From Bacteroidales bacterium (lineage in GTDB: Bacteria > Bacteroidota > Bacteroidia > Bacteroidales > TTA-H9), in the NCBI GenBank assembly GCA_035411425.1, contig DAONSX010000001.1, forward strand, positions 65,678-129,677: a DNA stretch of 64,000 bases, written 5' to 3'. Positions within the stretch are counted from its first letter, which is position 1. The number at the start of each line of letters is the position of its first letter. The position numbers were made by a program, and so were the translations under genes. The notes below the pieces were generated by a model. The model was not told the origin of the DNA. It saw only the letters and a list, made by a program, of their open reading frames with translations, and searched no databases. Of the stretch, positions 1 to 9,150 are shown piece by piece.

Positions 1-282
1 TCATTCGTACCGGCACTCCCAACTGCTATTATGAAACCTCTGAGTGGTAGTGGAGCAAGAGGAATGATGCTCGAAGCCATGAAATATTTTGGTGCCGATT
101 CTTTTGTTGGAAGGTTATCATGTCTTTTTCAGGGATCAACCGATACTACGTTTTATATTATAGCACTGTATTTTGGTTCGGTTGGAATACGCAACAGCCG
201 TTATGCCGTTGTTTGCGGGCTTATTGCCGATCTGGCTGGGATTATTACTGCAATTTTCATGGCCTATCTTTTCTTTGGCTAA
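1..282 (+). CDS. C-terminal part of an SpmB-like / nucleoside-recognition (Gate) domain membrane protein; the 5' end lies outside the window
   Basis: Frame 1 is open from base 1 to the stop at 280-282. The tail GSTDTTFYIIALYFGSVGIRNSRYAVVCGLIADLAGIITAIFMAYLFF resembles the conserved SpmB C-terminus as I remember it and is hydrophobic. Confidence 0.65.
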   Translation, partial: SFVPALPTAIMKPLSGSGARGMMLEAMKYFGADSFVGRLSCLFQGSTDTTFYIIALYFGSVGIRNSRYAVVCGLIADLAGIITAIFMAYLFFG

Positions 283-450
283 TCAATAAAGGGAGTATAT
301 CCATAGAATAAATTCATAATATAATGAAAAAGAGTGTATTGTATTTTATTATCAGGGGATAGCCTTTGATTTATCAATTTTAATTGAAGGAATTATGGAA
401 TTTATCAATCATTTTTTAATTTTGCATGCCCAAAAAATTTAGCAAACAGA

Positions 451-1143
451 ATGAGTAAAAAAAAGAAAAAGAAAGAAGTAACCAACGGAAGAATCGAAGC
501 CGTTGAAAGCGCCCTTTCCAAAAGTGAACGCTTTTTAGAGGAGAATCAGAAAGTTATTCTTATAGTTGTAAGTGCAATAATAGTAATTGTATTAGGATTT
601 CTTGGCTATCAAAGATTGATCATAGCTCCCAAAGAAGTTAAGGCAGCCAACGAAATCTTCATGGCCCAGAATTATTTTGAACATGATTCTTTGTATAAAG
701 CACTGAATGGTGATGGACAATATGCCGGTTTCCTCGAAATAGTCGACAGATATGGCGCTACCAGCACAGGCAACCTTGCAAAATATTATACTGGCATTTG
801 TTATTTAAAACTTCAGGATTTTGACAACGCCATCAAATACCTCAAAAAGTTTAATACGAAAAATCCTGTGGCTAAATCAATGGCTCTCGGTGGAATAGGC
901 GATGCTTACCTCGAATTAGGCAAGAATGAAAAGGCGATAGAATATTACAAAAAAGCCGCTCAACAAAAAAATGAATTTACCTCTCCTCTCTTCCTTATGA
1001 AGGCAGGTTTGAGTTATGAACTCCTGAATGATTATCAGAATGCACTGAAAGTTTATGAAGAAATTCGGATGAACTATCCAAAAAGCTATGAAGCACGTGA
1101 TATAGACCGTTTTATTGCCAAAGCCAAAGGTATGCTCAGATAA
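451..1143 (+). CDS. Membrane-anchored tetratricopeptide-repeat protein (230 aa)
   Basis: ATG at 451. It has a Lys-rich N-terminus and one TM helix (VILIVVSAIIVIVLGFLGY), followed by TPR-like helices (AKYYTGICYLKLQDFDNAIKYL, GDAYLELGKNEKAIEYYKKA). A terminator hairpin follows. Confidence 0.7.
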   Translation: MSKKKKKKEVTNGRIEAVESALSKSERFLEENQKVILIVVSAIIVIVLGFLGYQRLIIAPKEVKAANEIFMAQNYFEHDSLYKALNGDGQYAGFLEIVDRYGATSTGNLAKYYTGICYLKLQDFDNAIKYLKKFNTKNPVAKSMALGGIGDAYLELGKNEKAIEYYKKAAQQKNEFTSPLFLMKAGLSYELLNDYQNALKVYEEIRMNYPKSYEARDIDRFIAKAKGMLR

Positions 1144-1162
1144 TTTTTTATAATTCATATTG

Positions 1163-1196
1163 AGCCTGATTCAAAAATTATGATCAGGCTTTTTTC
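1163..1196 (+). terminator. Rho-independent terminator after the TPR gene
   Basis: AGCCTGAT / ATCAGGCT form an 8-bp stem with an 11-nt loop, followed by TTTTTT, about 20 nt after the stop at 1143. Confidence 0.6.
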
Positions 1197-1213
1197 ATTT
1201 TTATACCTGGTAG

Positions 1214-2188
1214 ATGGAGAAAAATTTGAAACTGATTTACATGGGGACGCCCGAATTTGCTGTGGCTCCGTTAAAGGCCCTAATCACAAATGGTTATAGA
1301 GTCGAAGCTGTTGTTACGGCCCCTGATAAACCAGCAGGAAGAGGTCAACGTATGCAGTCGAGCCCCGTAAAATCTTATGCACAATCGGTTGGCTTGCCCT
1401 TGTTTCAACCCTATTTCTTGAAAGATCCACAATTTATAGCACAGCTCGAGAATTTGACTCCTGATATTATTCTGGTCGTGGCTTTTCGATTAATTCCACC
1501 CGAAATATGGAAATTAACCCGGATAGGAGCTATCAATCTTCATGCATCTCTTCTGCCCGACTATCGAGGTGCGGCACCTATACAAAGAGCCATAATGAAT
1601 GGAGAAACCATAACGGGTATTACCACTTTTTTTATAGACGAAGGAATAGACAAGGGAAAAATCATCCTTCAGGAAGTTATTCCCATTGGAGAAACAGAAA
1701 CCGCTGGCAGCCTGCACTTCAAAATGATGCAACAAGGAGCCGAACTTGTTCTGAAAACTCTCGATACCATTGCCAGAGGAAATTATCAGCTTAAAGATCA
1801 AGGCAAACTCATCTGCGAAAAGAAATTGAACCTGCATTATGCTCCGAAAATTAGCAAAGAAGATTGTAAAATTATCTGGCACAATTCGGCTAAAAATATT
1901 TTTAATCAAATCAGAGCCTTGAATCCTCATCCAGGAGCAGATACACTGCTAATGGCACCTGACCAAACTGCCCAAATCCTCAAAGTCTATTATGCAACCC
2001 CCATCTTTGAACCTCTTGGTACCATAACTCCCGGAAGCATCAATACCGATGGTAAATCCTTCTTACAAGTTGCGTGTGGCGATGGTTTCATCGAATTGAC
2101 CGAGATACAGTTAAGTGGTAAAAAAAGAATGGATATTGCCTCGTTTTTACGAGGATTTAAACTCGATAACCGCTGGACTCTGATTTAA
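1214..2188 (+). CDS. fmt: Methionyl-tRNA formyltransferase
   Basis: N-terminus IYMGTPEFAVAPLKAL, APDKPAGRG, and the catalytic region INLHASLLPDYRGAAPIQRAI. The length of 324 aa is typical. Confidence 0.95.
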   Translation: MEKNLKLIYMGTPEFAVAPLKALITNGYRVEAVVTAPDKPAGRGQRMQSSPVKSYAQSVGLPLFQPYFLKDPQFIAQLENLTPDIILVVAFRLIPPEIWKLTRIGAINLHASLLPDYRGAAPIQRAIMNGETITGITTFFIDEGIDKGKIILQEVIPIGETETAGSLHFKMMQQGAELVLKTLDTIARGNYQLKDQGKLICEKKLNLHYAPKISKEDCKIIWHNSAKNIFNQIRALNPHPGADTLLMAPDQTAQILKVYYATPIFEPLGTITPGSINTDGKSFLQVACGDGFIELTEIQLSGKKRMDIASFLRGFKLDNRWTLI

Positions 2189-2478
2189 AGTATCTCATCT
2201 GTCTTGGGGTTGGAAGTTTTAGAAAAAAATCTAAACGCTTGCCAATTATTTCATATTTAATATACTGTAAAATAATTATTTATAATAAATTTCTTTCATT
2301 TTTCCTGCTTTAATAAAAAAATTCATCAAAAATTCAACCTATGTTTTTTGTGAATCTCAATGAGAGTGAACAGGGTTTAGAAGCAGCCGAAAAGAGGGAA
2401 TTTATTAACAAAATTTGATTTTTTTCAACAATTTTGCGTAAAAATGAATGCTTCTCTTGATTTCAAAGAGTTTATATA

Positions 2479-2486
2479 TATATTTG
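2479..2486 (+). promoter_or_regulatory. Candidate Bacteroidota -7 promoter box (TAnnTTTG) for the HU gene
   Basis: TATATTTG lies 36 nt upstream of the ATG at 2523. The motif class is the published Bacteroides sigma-A -7 element. Confidence 0.4.
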
Positions 2487-2522
2487 CACTACCATTAAAT
2501 GTTAACCTAAAAACCTACAATT

Positions 2523-2795
2523 ATGAACAAAGCAGAATTAATCGATGCCATTGCTACCAATTCCGGACTTACCAAAGCAGCCTCGAAGAAAGCCCTCGAT
2601 GCCACCATCTTAGCTATTTCTGAAGCTTTGAAACAAGGCGACAAAGTCTCTCTGATTGGTTTTGGAACTTTTGGTGTAGCCAAAAGAAGTGCCCGCACAG
2701 GACGCAATCCTCGAACCAAAGCTCCCCTTCAAATCCCTGCCAAAAATGTTGTGAAATTTAAACCCGGCAGTGAACTTTCAAAAAGTGTTAAGTAA
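2523..2795 (+). CDS. hup: HU family DNA-binding protein (90 aa)
   Basis: MNKAELIDAIA...GFGTFGVAKRSARTGRNPRTKAPLQIPAKNVVKFKPG is the canonical HU/IHF fold signature. Confidence 0.95.
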   Translation: MNKAELIDAIATNSGLTKAASKKALDATILAISEALKQGDKVSLIGFGTFGVAKRSARTGRNPRTKAPLQIPAKNVVKFKPGSELSKSVK

Positions 2796-2811
2796 GTAGA
2801 AATTTTTTGAT

Positions 2812-2849
2812 AAGAAAGCCCCCATGATGGCTAATCGAGGGGCTTTCTT
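2812..2849. terminator. Bidirectional hairpin between the convergent hup and recQ genes
   Basis: AAGAAAGCCCC / GGGGCTTTCTT form a perfect 11-bp stem with a 16-nt loop. The hairpin overlaps the recQ stop codon (2848-2850). Confidence 0.6.
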
Positions 2850-4776
2850 ATTGTTTGAAGCTCAACAAACCAAAACTGTCGCGAACCAATTTTCCATTCT
2901 CAGTCAAATAAACAATAACCTGCATCACGTTGTCTTCATCTGAATCTGGCGACATTTGCCGAAGAACTTCGGGTAAACTAATCGACTGATCTTTTATAAT
3001 TTTTTTCAATTCTTCTACAATTTGTTCGAATTCTTTCTCGCCCAAGGGAAGTGAATGGTGTTTTACGCAATAATCACATGCCCCACAACGCATTCTGGTT
3101 TTTTCTCCAAAATAAGATAAAAGAATTTGGCTTCGGCAATGATTTTCGTCTTTTATATAATGGAGCATGGCTTCGAGCCTTTTTTGAGCAGCTTCTTTCC
3201 TTAAACGATAATTTTCTGGCGATAGGTAAAAATTGGAAAGGTCTAATCTTTCTATAACAAAAACGAGCTGGGGCTTATTTTTGCGAGGCATATAAGAGAC
3301 CACTTCGAGGTGATCGAGTTCATGCAAAAGCTGAATCACCTGGTCAGTTGTTATATGGATGTATTTTGCAATGGCTTCTTCGATGATACGCTGATGGCTG
3401 GTGTATAGAGCCCCTCCATACATGCGTGAAATAATCTTTATGAAACCATCGAATTTCTTGTTGGCTACCTGAAAATTGTACATTCCATCTCCCGAAAGTC
3501 GAAACATAAGCTGGGAGGGAGAGTCCAAGGCATCATTCAAAGCTATATAACCTTCTTTTTCGATGATTTTTAATGCGTTGAAAGTAGGTAATGGCTTTAG
3601 ATTGAATCGATTGCAAAAATCATTCAAGTCGAAATCGAACGAGATATCTTTTCCAGATCCAATGGCGAGGTTATAATAGTTTCCCAGAGCATTGTAAACA
3701 TTTTTAATTACTCCATAGCTTGGCCATGAATTATTAAAATTTTCGCTGGCATCACTCATATCGGATTCATCATAAAGCAATATGGCATACGATAATTTTC
3801 CATCTCTTCCGGCGCGCCCTGCTTCCTGAAAATATGCTTCGGGAGAATCGGGAATATCCATGTGAACGACAAACCTTACATTGGGTTTGTCTATTCCCAT
3901 ACCAAATGCATTGGTTGCTACCATTACTTTTAATTCATCGTTCATCCAGCGGTTTTGTACATTATTCCTTTGCTTCATGGACATCCCTGCATGATAGACG
4001 CCGGCCGAATGATGGTTCCGAACCAGGAATTTTGCTATTTCAACGGTTCTGCGTCTGTTCCGAACGTAAACGATCCCCGAGCCTTTTAAATTGCTGCAGA
4101 TTTTCAATAAACGTCTCGCCTTATCACCTTCCTTTTGTACCACATATATTAGATTGGGACGATAAAAGCTACGACTCAATACATTTTTTTCCTTAAACTG
4201 CAGCTTCTCCTGTATGTCGTTGATGACCATCGAAGTGGCTGTTGCAGTAAGGGCAAGTATGGGGGTTTCTTGATGGAATTCTCTGATTTCAGCAATACGA
4301 AGATATGGAGGCCTGAAGTCGTAACCCCATTGCGAAATGCAGTGAGCTTCGTCGACGGCTATCAGATTTAATTTCATATAGGGCAATCGGTCTCGAAATG
4401 AGGAAGTGATAAGCCTTTCGGGTGATAAATATAAGAATTTCAAATTGCCATAAGCTGCGTCGTCGAGAATTTTTTCGATCTGATATGAACTCATGCCCGA
4501 AAAAACAGCTTCGGCTTCGACTCCTTTTTTTTTGAGAGTTTCAACCTGATCTTTCATCAAGGCTATCAGAGGCGAAACCACTAAGCAAACCCCTTCCATG
4601 GCTAAGGCAGGAATTTGATAACAAATACTCTTCCCTCCTCCTGTCGGTAATAACGCAAGTGTATCTTTCCTCCACAATACCGACCGAATAATGTCTTCCT
4701 GCAATGGTCTGAACGATTTGTACCCAAAATATTGGGAAAGGATATTTTGTATGTCGTATTTATCGTTACTAACCAT
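2848..4776 (-). CDS. recQ: ATP-dependent DNA helicase RecQ (642 aa)
   Basis: FRPLQEDII, Walker A TGGGKS, the DEAH box in VDEAHCISQWGYDFRPPY, and the Zn-binding Cys cluster CRSQILLSYFGE...CGACDYC. Confidence 0.93.
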   Translation of the reverse strand: MVSNDKYDIQNILSQYFGYKSFRPLQEDIIRSVLWRKDTLALLPTGGGKSICYQIPALAMEGVCLVVSPLIALMKDQVETLKKKGVEAEAVFSGMSSYQIEKILDDAAYGNLKFLYLSPERLITSSFRDRLPYMKLNLIAVDEAHCISQWGYDFRPPYLRIAEIREFHQETPILALTATATSMVINDIQEKLQFKEKNVLSRSFYRPNLIYVVQKEGDKARRLLKICSNLKGSGIVYVRNRRRTVEIAKFLVRNHHSAGVYHAGMSMKQRNNVQNRWMNDELKVMVATNAFGMGIDKPNVRFVVHMDIPDSPEAYFQEAGRAGRDGKLSYAILLYDESDMSDASENFNNSWPSYGVIKNVYNALGNYYNLAIGSGKDISFDFDLNDFCNRFNLKPLPTFNALKIIEKEGYIALNDALDSPSQLMFRLSGDGMYNFQVANKKFDGFIKIISRMYGGALYTSHQRIIEEAIAKYIHITTDQVIQLLHELDHLEVVSYMPRKNKPQLVFVIERLDLSNFYLSPENYRLRKEAAQKRLEAMLHYIKDENHCRSQILLSYFGEKTRMRCGACDYCVKHHSLPLGEKEFEQIVEELKKIIKDQSISLPEVLRQMSPDSDEDNVMQVIVYLTENGKLVRDSFGLLSFKQ

Positions 4777-4948
4777 TTTTTTACTCTATATCAAAAGTAT
4801 ATTGATACATAAAATTCATACACATTCTGAGTTTGTTCCTCTACTAAGGAGAACATAAAGTCAGGAATCGAATTCCTTCAAAATTACTATCATTGCAACA
4901 AATTTACACATGTATCGTTAAAACTGAATATCAATACATAAAGAATAT

Positions 4949-6493
4949 ATGGACCCTTTGGTATACATCATTTTAGCCTTTGTCTTTTTCCCGGTTTTTT
5001 TATTGTCAATATTTAAGGATGTTGGTATAGCACCATGGAAAACACTTATCCCTTTTTATAATTATTATTTATGGAATAAGATGATAGGGAAACGACTTTA
5101 TTGGTTTTTATTGTTGTTTGTTCCTTTCATCAATGTTTTCATGGTTTTCCTGATGGAGGTGGAGATTGCCAAGTGTTATCAGAAATATGATCTGGGTCAT
5201 CAAGCATTGGCAGTCTTGTTTCCTGTAATATATCTACCTTATTTGGGATTATCGGCCAAGGAAAAATATCTCGAGCCTTCGAAACGGCCTGTGATAAAAA
5301 AAACTGCTTTGAGAGAATGGGTCGACGCTTTAATTTTTGCAGTAGTAGCTGCTCTCATTATTCGTACGTTTATTTTCGAGGCGTACACCATCCCTACTCC
5401 ATCGATGGAAAAAACGCTTCTTGTTGGCGATTACCTTTTTGTAAGCAAAATGTCTTATGGGCCTAAAGTACCCAATACACCCTTATCGTTCCCCTTCGTT
5501 CATCACACACTTCCTTTCACTCAATATTCAAAATCGTATGTCGAGTGGATTAAGTTACCCTATTATCGATTTCCAGGGTTTGGTAAAGTAAAGCACTATG
5601 ACCCAGTTGTATTTAATTATCCATCGGGAGATACTGTTGTTTTGGAGCGTCAAAACGAAGATTATTATCGTATTGTGAGGATGGCCGAGGAAGAATTCAA
5701 AATGCGCATGGGAAGTCGTTACAGGGAAGGGATGGGCAGAGAAGCGGTATGGCATACTTATCATGTAGTTGCTCGTCCGGTCGATAAACGTGAAAATTAT
5801 ATCAAACGCTGTATTGCTTTACCTGGTGATACGATACAAATTATCAACAGGCAAGTTTATCTCAATGGGAAAGAATTACCTGACCCACCCTTGTTGCAAT
5901 TCAATTATTTGATAAATACTGAGGGACGTGGCTTGAGTCGGCGAGTTCTCGAGCGCATGGATATTTCGAAAGAAGACATGGGATGGTTTCAACAATATGC
6001 CATACTGCCCCTTACCAAAGATAAAGTTCAACAAATTAGCAGAATACCTGGTGTAATCGAAGTAAAACCGCAATTGGCTCCTGCTGGCGAATGGTCACCC
6101 GACATCTTCCCCTTCGATTCGGCTTATCCATGGAATGTCGATAATTTCGGGCCTTTGTACATTCCGAAACAAGGCAATGAGGTCACCCTTACCCTCCATA
6201 ATCTACCTTTATACAAGCGAATCATCGAAGTGTACGAAAAAAACCGGCTAGTTGTTAAAGGAAATAAAATTTTTATCAATGGAGAAGAGGCTAATTCGTA
6301 TCGTTTTCAGCAGAATTACTATTGGATGATGGGTGATAACCGACATAATTCGGCTGATTCCCGTTATTGGGGCTTTGTTCCCGAGGATCACATAGTAGGG
6401 AAAGCCGTATTTGTTTGGCTTTCTCTCGATAAAGATAAATCGCTCACCGAAGGAAAAATTAGGTGGAAAAAGTTATTTCGCATCCCCAGATAA
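4949..6493 (+). CDS. lepB: Signal peptidase I (long Bacteroidota form, 514 aa)
   Basis: N-terminal TM helices, the catalytic Ser box PTPSMEKTLLVGDYLFVSK, and box E GDNRHNSADSRYWGFVPEDHIVGKA. Confidence 0.9.
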   Translation: MDPLVYIILAFVFFPVFLLSIFKDVGIAPWKTLIPFYNYYLWNKMIGKRLYWFLLLFVPFINVFMVFLMEVEIAKCYQKYDLGHQALAVLFPVIYLPYLGLSAKEKYLEPSKRPVIKKTALREWVDALIFAVVAALIIRTFIFEAYTIPTPSMEKTLLVGDYLFVSKMSYGPKVPNTPLSFPFVHHTLPFTQYSKSYVEWIKLPYYRFPGFGKVKHYDPVVFNYPSGDTVVLERQNEDYYRIVRMAEEEFKMRMGSRYREGMGREAVWHTYHVVARPVDKRENYIKRCIALPGDTIQIINRQVYLNGKELPDPPLLQFNYLINTEGRGLSRRVLERMDISKEDMGWFQQYAILPLTKDKVQQISRIPGVIEVKPQLAPAGEWSPDIFPFDSAYPWNVDNFGPLYIPKQGNEVTLTLHNLPLYKRIIEVYEKNRLVVKGNKIFINGEEANSYRFQQNYYWMMGDNRHNSADSRYWGFVPEDHIVGKAVFVWLSLDKDKSLTEGKIRWKKLFRIPR

Positions 6494-6499
6494 GGAGTG

Positions 6500-7400
6500 T
6501 TTCGATCAAAAGGTTTGAGTTGGAATACTCTCTTAGGTAATTACGATATCGTTAAGAACTCTCGACATTTGGGTAAAGCTCTGGTCATCATCTAACGACA
6601 TTTCGAGCTTGTGTGTATGATAGCGGATTTGTTAGAAATAAGGTTATAGAAGATTTTTAGCAGGCATTGAATACTTCTTCGACCAACTCCGAATTATTGG
6701 TCTTCTTCCGTTTCTCTGCTATGACATCTACCAGCGTTTTACTCCGGGCTGCCTAGTTTGAGATATATTAATGGCCTGAACTTGATTTTTTATCAGATCA
6801 GTGAATGTTGTCGTATTGATGATTTTCTTTAAGCTTCGCATGTTATCAAGCGGTACTATGATATTATATAGCAATAGGAACAATGTGGTTGAAAGCCCGA
6901 CCCCAGTATCTGCCTTCGATTTGCACCATTTTGAGGCAATTTTCGAAGCGTATTTCATAAAGAGCACGCAACTCTTTTTCAAAAAGTATATGCTTACGGC
7001 TGAAAACTTCGATCAAAAGACGATTCATGTGAGTTTTCGAATTTTCGGAGGTTGACGAGATATGGTTTGGGTTACAGCTTGGCCTCTTCGATCCATTGCT
7101 GATTATAACTATTTTTTCGGATCGAAGCTTTCAGAGCCTTGACCAGCTTTATATAAAAAATTTACATTCGGAAATTGAGAAACCTGAGCTTGTAAATTCT
7201 GATTACAATAGAATAATGACAGATTTTGAGCAAAATCAAATGCAAACATTCTTCCTTCTGCTTTATTTGTTGATGAGATGGACAGAGTTTTTGACAAGGA
7301 AGGATTTACGCTTGGCTATAATAGATATAGGGAAGAATGATGAAAATTTCGATTAATTTTTAATCCATACAGATTCAACTTTTATTTCTGGCCTCCACCA
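6500..7400 (-). pseudogene. About 0.9 kb with no intact ORF, only short frame-broken ORFs; probable decayed gene remnant(s) of unknown family
   Basis: Minus-strand reading frames of 60-85 aa follow one another in different frames (7297-7109, then a frame reading LFEKELRALYEIRFENCLKMVQ, then 6982-6728, then AARSKTLVDVIAEKRKK). One junction reads ...TRQPGVKRW* / ..RSKTLVDVIAE and loosely resembles a broken P-loop. I could not recognise any family. Confidence 0.25.
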
Positions 7401-7560
7401 AAACAAGGGGGATATAATGTCACATCCAAAAGATACTCGAATACACAAATAACTTTCCATCAGTTTTTTACATTTTATAGAGTAATAATGCAGTAGTGAA
7501 ACATTTACTTTGCCGTATTATTATTGTACCTCTAACTGATTTCTTATCAAATGATTGAGA

Positions 7561-7568
7561 TATTTTTG
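7561..7568 (+). promoter_or_regulatory. Candidate -7 promoter box for the T9SS beta-propeller gene
   Basis: TATTTTTG (TAnnTTTG) lies 26 nt upstream of the ATG at 7594. Confidence 0.4.
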
Positions 7569-7593
7569 CTACAAATTTAAACAGACAAACACT

Positions 7594-9078
7594 ATGAAAA
7601 AAAATTACAAACACGGTCGGCATTTGATGTTGAAACGAATGTTTAGCATTGCTTTTTTGAGTTTGATGGCATTTCATTCCTTTTCACAGGGAATACCCGA
7701 TTTATTATGGGAAAAAGTTTATCCAGGCAATGGGACAGACATTACAAGGCAGCTTATATCTACTAATGATGGGGGATATGCCATTATTAGTGAAAGTGAT
7801 TCTTATGGTCCAGGAATCATTTCTGCTTATTTAATAAAATGTGACTCACTTGGTAATAGCGAATGGAGTAAATGTTATGGTGGATCAACCTTTGACTTCC
7901 CAAGAGGAATAATACAAACAACTGATAATGGCTTCTTAATCGCTACCTATTCTAACTCTTTTACAACCGATATGATTATTCGTTTGATTAAAGTTAACGA
8001 GATAGGAGATACTCTGTGGACTTCTATATTACCCAATAGTAATGGTTGTAATCTTACATTAGCTGGTTGCCTTACTCAAACTTTTGATGGGGGTTATATG
8101 GTTGCTGCATATGGATGGCGTCCTCCAAATAATAATCAAATCGTAATATTTAAAACAGATAATGAGGGTAACTATGAATGGTTTAAAGAATATGGCGGTT
8201 CAACGAATGATGACTATGGAGCTTGTATTAAGCCCACTTTGGATGGAAACTATATATTAGCGGGTTACACTTATAGTTTTGGAAGTGGTTTATGTGATGG
8301 CTACTTGATCAAAATAGATCCCAATGGAGATACCCTATGGACAAGTGTAGTGGGCGGTTCAAGCTATGATTCATTCCATTTTGTACAGCCAACGAGTGAT
8401 GGCGGTTATATTGCAGTTGGATCCACTCAATCCTATGGTAATAAAGAACAAGGATTTACAGTTAAGGTAGATAATAAGGGTAAAGTAGAATGGATTTCAG
8501 CTCAAGGTGGTAACCAAAATGAAGGATTTGAAGGGGTAGTTGAAACATTGAATCATGAATATTTGATTACGGGGAATACTAGCAGTTATGGAAATGGACA
8601 GCATGATTTTATAATCGTCTTAATGGATGACCAGGGAAATATGCTCGACATGAAGACCTATGGAACAAATGGTGATGATTTTGGTTCTACGATTGAAATT
8701 ATGAGAGATAATAGATATATAGCAGGTGGTTCAAAAACAAAAAATAATTCACTCGATTCATGGGCCTTATGCTTTAAGGCAGATTCAATTGTAGGTATCG
8801 ATTTACCTCGAAGTTCACAAACGGTAATATCTTTGGAAATATCTCCCAATCCTTTTTACAACCAGGCAAACATCGACATTTTTGTTCATTCATCGGGAAT
8901 GATTAGTTTGAACCTCTTCGATATGAATGGAGTTAAAGTAGATGAAATTTTCGATGGTTATATTTCAGCCGGTGCTCATTCTTTCCAATATAAAAATGCA
9001 TCATTATCGCGAGGAATTTATTTTTGTCAGTTAAAAATTGAAAATCAAATAGTTATTAAGAAAGTCATTTTGCTTTAG
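7594..9078 (+). CDS. Secreted repeat protein (about 7-8 beta-propeller-like ~50-aa repeats) with a T9SS C-terminal sorting domain
   Basis: I chose the internal ATG at 7594 (MKKNYKHGRHLMLKRMFSIAFLSLMAFHSFSQG is a signal peptide). The unit GG..D....I.T.DGGY..AG.T.S.G.G..D.YLIK.D..G...W recurs. The last ~80 aa (PNPFYNQANIDIF...GIYFCQLKIENQIVIKKVILL) match the Por/T9SS CTD pattern. Confidence 0.8.
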   Translation: MKKNYKHGRHLMLKRMFSIAFLSLMAFHSFSQGIPDLLWEKVYPGNGTDITRQLISTNDGGYAIISESDSYGPGIISAYLIKCDSLGNSEWSKCYGGSTFDFPRGIIQTTDNGFLIATYSNSFTTDMIIRLIKVNEIGDTLWTSILPNSNGCNLTLAGCLTQTFDGGYMVAAYGWRPPNNNQIVIFKTDNEGNYEWFKEYGGSTNDDYGACIKPTLDGNYILAGYTYSFGSGLCDGYLIKIDPNGDTLWTSVVGGSSYDSFHFVQPTSDGGYIAVGSTQSYGNKEQGFTVKVDNKGKVEWISAQGGNQNEGFEGVVETLNHEYLITGNTSSYGNGQHDFIIVLMDDQGNMLDMKTYGTNGDDFGSTIEIMRDNRYIAGGSKTKNNSLDSWALCFKADSIVGIDLPRSSQTVISLEISPNPFYNQANIDIFVHSSGMISLNLFDMNGVKVDEIFDGYISAGAHSFQYKNASLSRGIYFCQLKIENQIVIKKVILL

Positions 9079-9110
9079 TTTATCATAAGCACTATCTTCG
9101 ATGAAATATG

Positions 9111-9147
9111 AACCGGGAAGAGTTACCTTTGTACTTTTCCCGGTTTT
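9111..9147 (+). terminator. Terminator-like hairpin directly abutting the next start codon
   Basis: AACCGGGAA / TTCCCGGTT form a 9-bp perfect stem with a ~17-nt loop, then TTTTATT. The ATG of the next gene is at 9151. Confidence 0.5.
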
Positions 9148-9150
9148 ATT

